A stretch of DNA of 64,000 nt from Phoronis australis. Its lineage: Eukaryota; Animalia; Phoronida. The stretch spans positions 1 to 64,000 of the forward strand of contig NMRA01000924.1 in assembly GCA_002633005.1 (NCBI GenBank), written 5' to 3'. The translations under genes were made by a program, and so were the position numbers. The notes beneath the pieces were generated by a model that was not told the DNA's origin, ran no database searches, and saw nothing but the letters and a program-made list of their open reading frames with translations. Shown in pieces: positions 58,501 to 64,000 of the stretch; position 1 is the first letter of the stretch; each line of letters begins with the position of its first letter.

Positions 58501-61500
58501 TTTTGAAATCGTGTACCCACTCAAATGAAATTAAAATAACTATATTGACAACAATGATAATAACTAGGCCTCGTTAGCTCTGTGAGTTACTAAGCACTTT
58601 GAAAAATTTTACCTGGCTATGGCCCTGGCCAGTCCCACCCCTTCTGAACTATCCGGGAGCATACAACGGATGCAAGCGTTGTCGGCCAACACCGATTAAT
58701 CCAACACACACTTTTGTAAAGAAATATCAAGTACTAAATTGACCCCCGTGGTAATCTGAATTGGAAAAATCCAAGACCAGCAAAATTTTAGAAAACATAT
58801 GGTGACTGAGCATTTCCATTCCAGTTTGCGGGTCCTAATCTCGTCATAGTGATGGTAAATACACGTACACTAAAATTGAACAGGTTTCAAAACATGTCCA
58901 CAGTTGTGAACTCATACATGTATCATCTTCGAATTTGCATTGTTAAGGCACGTCATCACTATTCGAATACTCAAACTTGGACACCTCAAATGATATCTGA
59001 AGTATTCTTTTTGCGCCCTGTTGCGTCACCTAGAGAAAACAGCAAAAAGAGCAGACGACAACATAAGATTTGAATAATCACTCCCGCGGTAGCAGAACGT
59101 ATCTGACGGGCGGTTAAATAGAGCATCAATGAGTGTACAGTGTAGGTGATGTTTGTTGCTGTTAATTAACTGACCTGGATCTAGCATAGACGTTGACGAA
59201 AGCCGATCATTAAACCTCTACGTTCGGTAAATTTAGTAACTGACTGCGTTGTGGTCAGATGGATTGTTGGAACTAACTTAACGCGTCCTACACATTTAAA
59301 AGGATTCCAAACCCTATTTTGATTTTTTCTGCCAATAACCCTTCTGCCACTTACTAATGATTGGCGCCAATCTTGAAAGATAAAAGCAGGAATCAACTAT
59401 GTCTCAGATTGAGTATTATGGCTCTTGGCCTTTCTCTACAGCTGCCTCTCAATTTCGCTAAAAGCGTACTAGACTGTATGTAGGTTGCGGCTTGCCCGTT
59501 TTGCAGACTTCGAAAAGAGTTCTCAAATTTTCTTCCAAACTTTTGATGGTTGTTGACGATTATAGGGCCTCATTTTGTTTCACGGAATTGGATGGGAATA
59601 TCTTTTTAGTAAATGTTAATAGTACAAAATCGGGTTTGGTACCCTTTTAATGTAAGCTTTAAGCCGAAAAGACTGAACGGAAATCGTCATACAGACTACT
59701 CGAAGATTTCCTATTCCGGAACAGCGTAGCTTAGAACCAGGCGTGCTTTCAATAATGCTAGGACCTACGCTGTGGCCTAGCTAAAATCTAGTCAAAGCCA
59801 CGAGATCTCCATTAAAATTCACGGCAATATCTCACGTAATCTCGCGAAGTCTTGCTTTTTAGCGAAGTCCTAGTGTTACTGAACGGGAGGCAGTTTTATT
59901 CTGCTGCAATTCTCTGACAACGTTCATATATTTGCATACCGTTCCTAAATATGGCGCTGCAAGGTCACAGTAATTTTATAAGACGAGGAACAAACTAAGT
60001 TAGATGTGTGTATAATGCTGTTTTAGTTCTGTTCCTTTGTAATAAACAGTTTTCTTATGTGCCATTTAGTGAAAAGAATTGCTTTTACAGTCCAGTTCAT
60101 GCTTAGAAAGTATAAAATGCAACTTTAGTATTAAAATGTATGTACAGTACATATTAATTCAACACTGTTTGTACAGCAAGTGAGTTATTAGCAAGCTTTA
60201 ATTGTACGCGTCGCAATATCAACCGTCGAATTTTTTGACTTTGTCAATTTTGCGTCAATATACGACATTCTCTTTTGAGACTCAATTATTTCAGATTTTA
60301 TAAGTACTGTCTGTATCTATTTTTGTTCAGTGTATCCTCTAGCAGAGATGGTGACAACGATTCCCATGTACATGTACAAGCTTACAAAACGTCCCAGCTC
60401 TAGTTTTCTTTAATTCGCTTCAACAACCCCTCTGTTAAGAGCACGTGTACTATACGTTCGGTTTTCAGCCGATTTATTTCAAAGATTTAATAACGTCCTT
60501 TCGGTTATTAAGCTGTGTCACTTGGTTCAAGTTTAGGTGCAAATGTGTTCAACAGGTCCTCAACGGATTATTGTTAGATTATACTCCTTGAGGTTTGAAA
60601 GACACGCCAGTTTCGTGCTCTCAAACAAGTGCCTTGAATTGGGTACTGAAGCACCGCGATCGGCTTATGTTGCAGTAAAGACGTCGAAAGGAAGGTAGAA
60701 CAGAGATCAACTTGAAAATAAACATCGCTAAACCATACAATGTGCGAAGTGAATCAAGCATATCATAAGGCTACAATCACTTTCAATGCCAAAACACACC
60801 ATTTTGTGGCTTATTCATGGTAGCGTAGACCATTTTGATAATGATAGCTGTGGCAACAGAAATTAAACAGCAAACACATAGTTTTGTGATTTTATCCCAA
60901 GTAAGAAATTCCCTACTTTGCTTCCAGCAAAGTTATCTGAAATCGAGGCGGTGACCTCATTTGCTGTTTGCGGTACAGTAATGATGGCCGACAAGGACGG
61001 CGGATGCTGATCAAACCGAGGTCTAATAAGCTAAAATGTATGTGAGAAGAACAGCAGAGATTTAGAAGCACGTTAATGTATACGCCTGCTCGCTAATCCA
61101 GATATATCTGCTGTTAAATATGTGTATTTTGCCCTTAAAAGACGAGAACAACTCTTAAATGGGTTGACTGCTTGTGCAAATGTGCCTGATTAATTGTTTT
61201 GTTTATTGTACTTTGGGCCAGAGGCCTTCAATACAAATACATTTATAGTTTTAATGAAATAAACATTTGAGAACAAAATAGAACTTTTGCTGCCGTGAAC
61301 AAACACCAACAGGTTGATTAAATGCATTTCGCCATTGTTGATTTCAAGGCTACGTGGACAAGTGTTCCCCTCACAAGAGCAAGAAAGGTTGGTCAATTGG
61401 TCTCCGAACGCCGCACTCGAATGGGAAGCATGGAGCCCGTATTTATTTCACCTTGCAGACAGACAGAGCGAGCACGGAAACCGTTATCACGGCACACAGT

Positions 61501-63941
61501 GGGTACGTATTCATTATCACAAGTTTTTACCAAGCCCAAAAATGATACAGTGCGTTCTTAAAACTGTAAAAACGCCTCATCATCGCCACTGTTCGAAATA
61601 CAATGTATAACTAGTAGGAAGAAGAACAGACGGTTACGCAGAAAACATTGCGAAGATTTGATTTTGAAAGAATTTGTACACGTATGCATTTTTTTGCAGA
61701 TACAAACCAAATCAGTGGGTTCATGTCGCTGCCGTTTACAACACGAAGAAAATGCGACTTTATATAAATGGCGCTAAAGTCGGCACCAGCCAGGAGCAGT
61801 CAGGAGACATCCACAGTCGAGTTCACGCGACTTGTCGCGGGTTGAATATTGGCGGAAGCGTAGACGACAAAAAACAATATCGCGGAGAATTGGATGGGTT
61901 TCAGCTATGGGATAAAGCATTGCGACATCAAGAAATTGTCTTTAATATGCTCGCTGAAAAGCATAAACCTCAAAAAAGCTTAATTGTCATGGAGACTTTC
62001 GATAACTTGAATAAATGGCAGAAAATACAAGGAACATTGCCGAGACTGGTTCGGTCAGATGTTTCGTTAGACAGGCATGATGTCAAAATCTCGAGGCCAC
62101 GGTGTGGCCGCTCTATATGTGACGATCCTGAAGTCATTAAGAGTTATGAAAACAATAGCAAGTTGAGACAATGGAAGAAATTACGTTACAAGGTTATTAA
62201 CGTTGCCATGGACAACGGTAGCTTTCCAACGGTGTCGCAAGATCAGATTAACAAGCAGCACGCATTTCTGAGAAAGGCGTTTCAACCATATAAGATAACT
62301 TGGGACTTGTCTGAAGACATCATTCGAAACACTACCCTCCGGAGTAAGACGATTTTATACGGATGTGAGCCGAAGAAGGTTGGAAACGGCATGTGCAATC
62401 CCGAGTGTCAACATCATCGCACCGGAAATGATGGCGGCGACTGCAAGATAACAGACGACTGTGATAGCACTTTGATTGGCAACGGCGTTTGTAATGAGGA
62501 CTGCAACGTGGCCATTAATAACTGGGACGGTGGAGATTGTTGTAATCCTGATGTCACCGACGTAACAAAAAATTGTTTCGACCCTTCTTCACGCCACAGG
62601 TAAAGTAACACAAAAATTACGCACAATTTATCCTCTATTTCTTGAAAAACCTATACCGAAGCTCTAAATGTATTCAGACCGAATTTAGAAGTAGTTTAAT
62701 AAAACAAAATAAACATTTTGCCTACGTCACCATTTTATCAATATTTATATTGTTGCTGCTACTGATATAGTCGTGAAGACCAGTGTTTATATTTTCGAGT
62801 TTGTGTAATAGAATAGAAGTTTCAAACAAATATTTTCTCGCTTGAAATCGGTAAAACTTGTGGGCAACATTTTAATTTTCTTAGGATACAGGCTCATTAT
62901 TCTGGTAGGGCTCCGTGTACCAAGTTTCAGCTCAAGTCAACGTAAATCTACACGAAAGAGAGGCGGGTGCATCGAGAAAATGCCTGAAACCTTACCTAGC
63001 CTCGACAACAAAATTGTGGCCTTTTATATGGTTGCTCGGTATTATTGGAATCTTGATTTATGGGGAAAGAAATCATAAGTTATGAAATAGTATTCTCTAT
63101 TTCTGTACCTTAAGCGAATAAGAGTTTCTCCTACATGTACAATCTAATCTTGTAGTTAGGTCTACGAAACGCAGTAGTTCTAAACAATGCATTGAGAATG
63201 TTCATTGTATAGGACACTGAAATGGTATACATGTATGGTGCAATCGTATACCGTTTTCTATGGAAAGCCAACAAGTTATTTTGGAAAGGCGTACATTGCA
63301 CTTGTTCATACGAGTGCATTGCATTCGTACGTACGAATGTGAAGTCTTGTCTTGATCTGGACGTTAGCGACAGAACGTATGTCTCAGCGCCACCTATAGG
63401 GTAATGTACTTGGAAAGAGTGCAAGGCACGCTGAAATTGTAGTACAAACTTTTTGTTTTGAAAATTTGACATTTATTGCTCTTGTTCATGTGTTTCTCGT
63501 TTATCGTGCATGAGTGCATGCATCTCACAGTGGTAGAATTTATAACATTTCGTTAAAACAAAGTACTCTATCTTTTTAGTCGCAGTTCGATAATCCGGAA
63601 AGAATGGTGTTTGGTTAATAACCAAAGTTACTGGATTATTAAAGAATGTGCATTTCCTGATCGCAAAAATTAAATTCTCAATTTAGAACTGAATTCCAAT
63701 TTTCAAACGGAAAAAGATGCTTTCAGCAATGTCTAATAAACAACATATGTCGACAATTTAAGCTATCATTTCTTGTTCATCTATTCCTTTCCCAGATCTT
63801 ACATGACAACTGATGAATATAAGATAGCCCTTAACATGAGCAGCTCAAAACACCTAAACATCTTCTTCGCTACCTGGACCGCTAAAGACCTGGTCGGCCT
63901 AGCTACGCTGCCCTGGGAGAAGCAAGTCCACTCCGTTCTTG
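55575..63941 (+). CDS. PAPPA: Pappalysin (PAPP-A family metzincin), 5' partial; coding exons 55575-56022, 61349-61502, 61700-62599, 63796-63941; continues beyond the window
   Basis: Signal peptide MVFVVKLFTLIFVVIFTFLIMTSNS, then a basic propeptide ending LRRRTS. LamG-like domain motifs: FSVTAWIKPEGGQ, GYVDKC...GWSIG...YFTLQTDRA, QWVHVAAVYNTKKMRLYINGAKV. Then CGRSICDDPEVIKSY, two LNR repeats (CEPKKVGNGMCNPECQH..GNDGGDC; IGNGVCNEDCN..NWDGGDCC) and HLNIFFA...LVGLATLPWEK. Phases 1,2,2 are consistent. The zinc-binding motif lies outside the window. PAPPA versus PAPPA2 orthology cannot be resolved here. Confidence 0.92.
59736..59895. mobile_element. ~160-bp MITE, family B copy 2 (pappalysin intron)
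   Basis: Co-linear with 19653-19813 (ctaggacctacgct..cacggcaatatctc..gcgaagtcttgctttttagcga..ttactgaacgggaggc). Confidence 0.7.
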
Positions 63942-64000
63942 GTAAATTGCATACAGGAACACGTCTGAATCATTCTATAAGCACCGGATGAGTTTTGGTC

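Overview
Intron-rich, AT-rich animal genomic DNA, probably a marine invertebrate; the species cannot be fixed from sequence. Manual splicing (GT-AG sites with consistent phases) gives five protein-coding genes. (1) A small two-coding-exon CSab-type defensin precursor (2828-4175, +) that is absent from the ORF track. (2) A 712-aa protein with a myristoylation/palmitoylation-type N-terminus, three tandem TIR-like domains and a C-terminal CHORD/Btk-like zinc module (13137-15649, +). (3) A 7-exon, 369-aa single-pass ZP-domain protein (20558-27650, +). (4) A complete 18-exon INTS5 (49958-29434, -). (5) The 5' part of a pappalysin gene (55575 to window end, +). Introns and intergenic DNA hold many non-autonomous mobile elements: tRNA-SINEs with TSDs, Kolobok-like, Tc/mariner-like and 5-bp-TSD MITEs, a Helentron-type element with an array of CTCF-like motifs, a probable solo LTR, a LINE fragment and a Penelope-like hairpin. 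Several tandem repeats are also present. The best novelty candidates are the acylated triple-TIR plus Zn-finger protein, in which only the third TIR keeps the canonical catalytic Glu, and the hidden defensin 9 kb upstream. All homology calls come from recognising motifs by eye, not from database searches.
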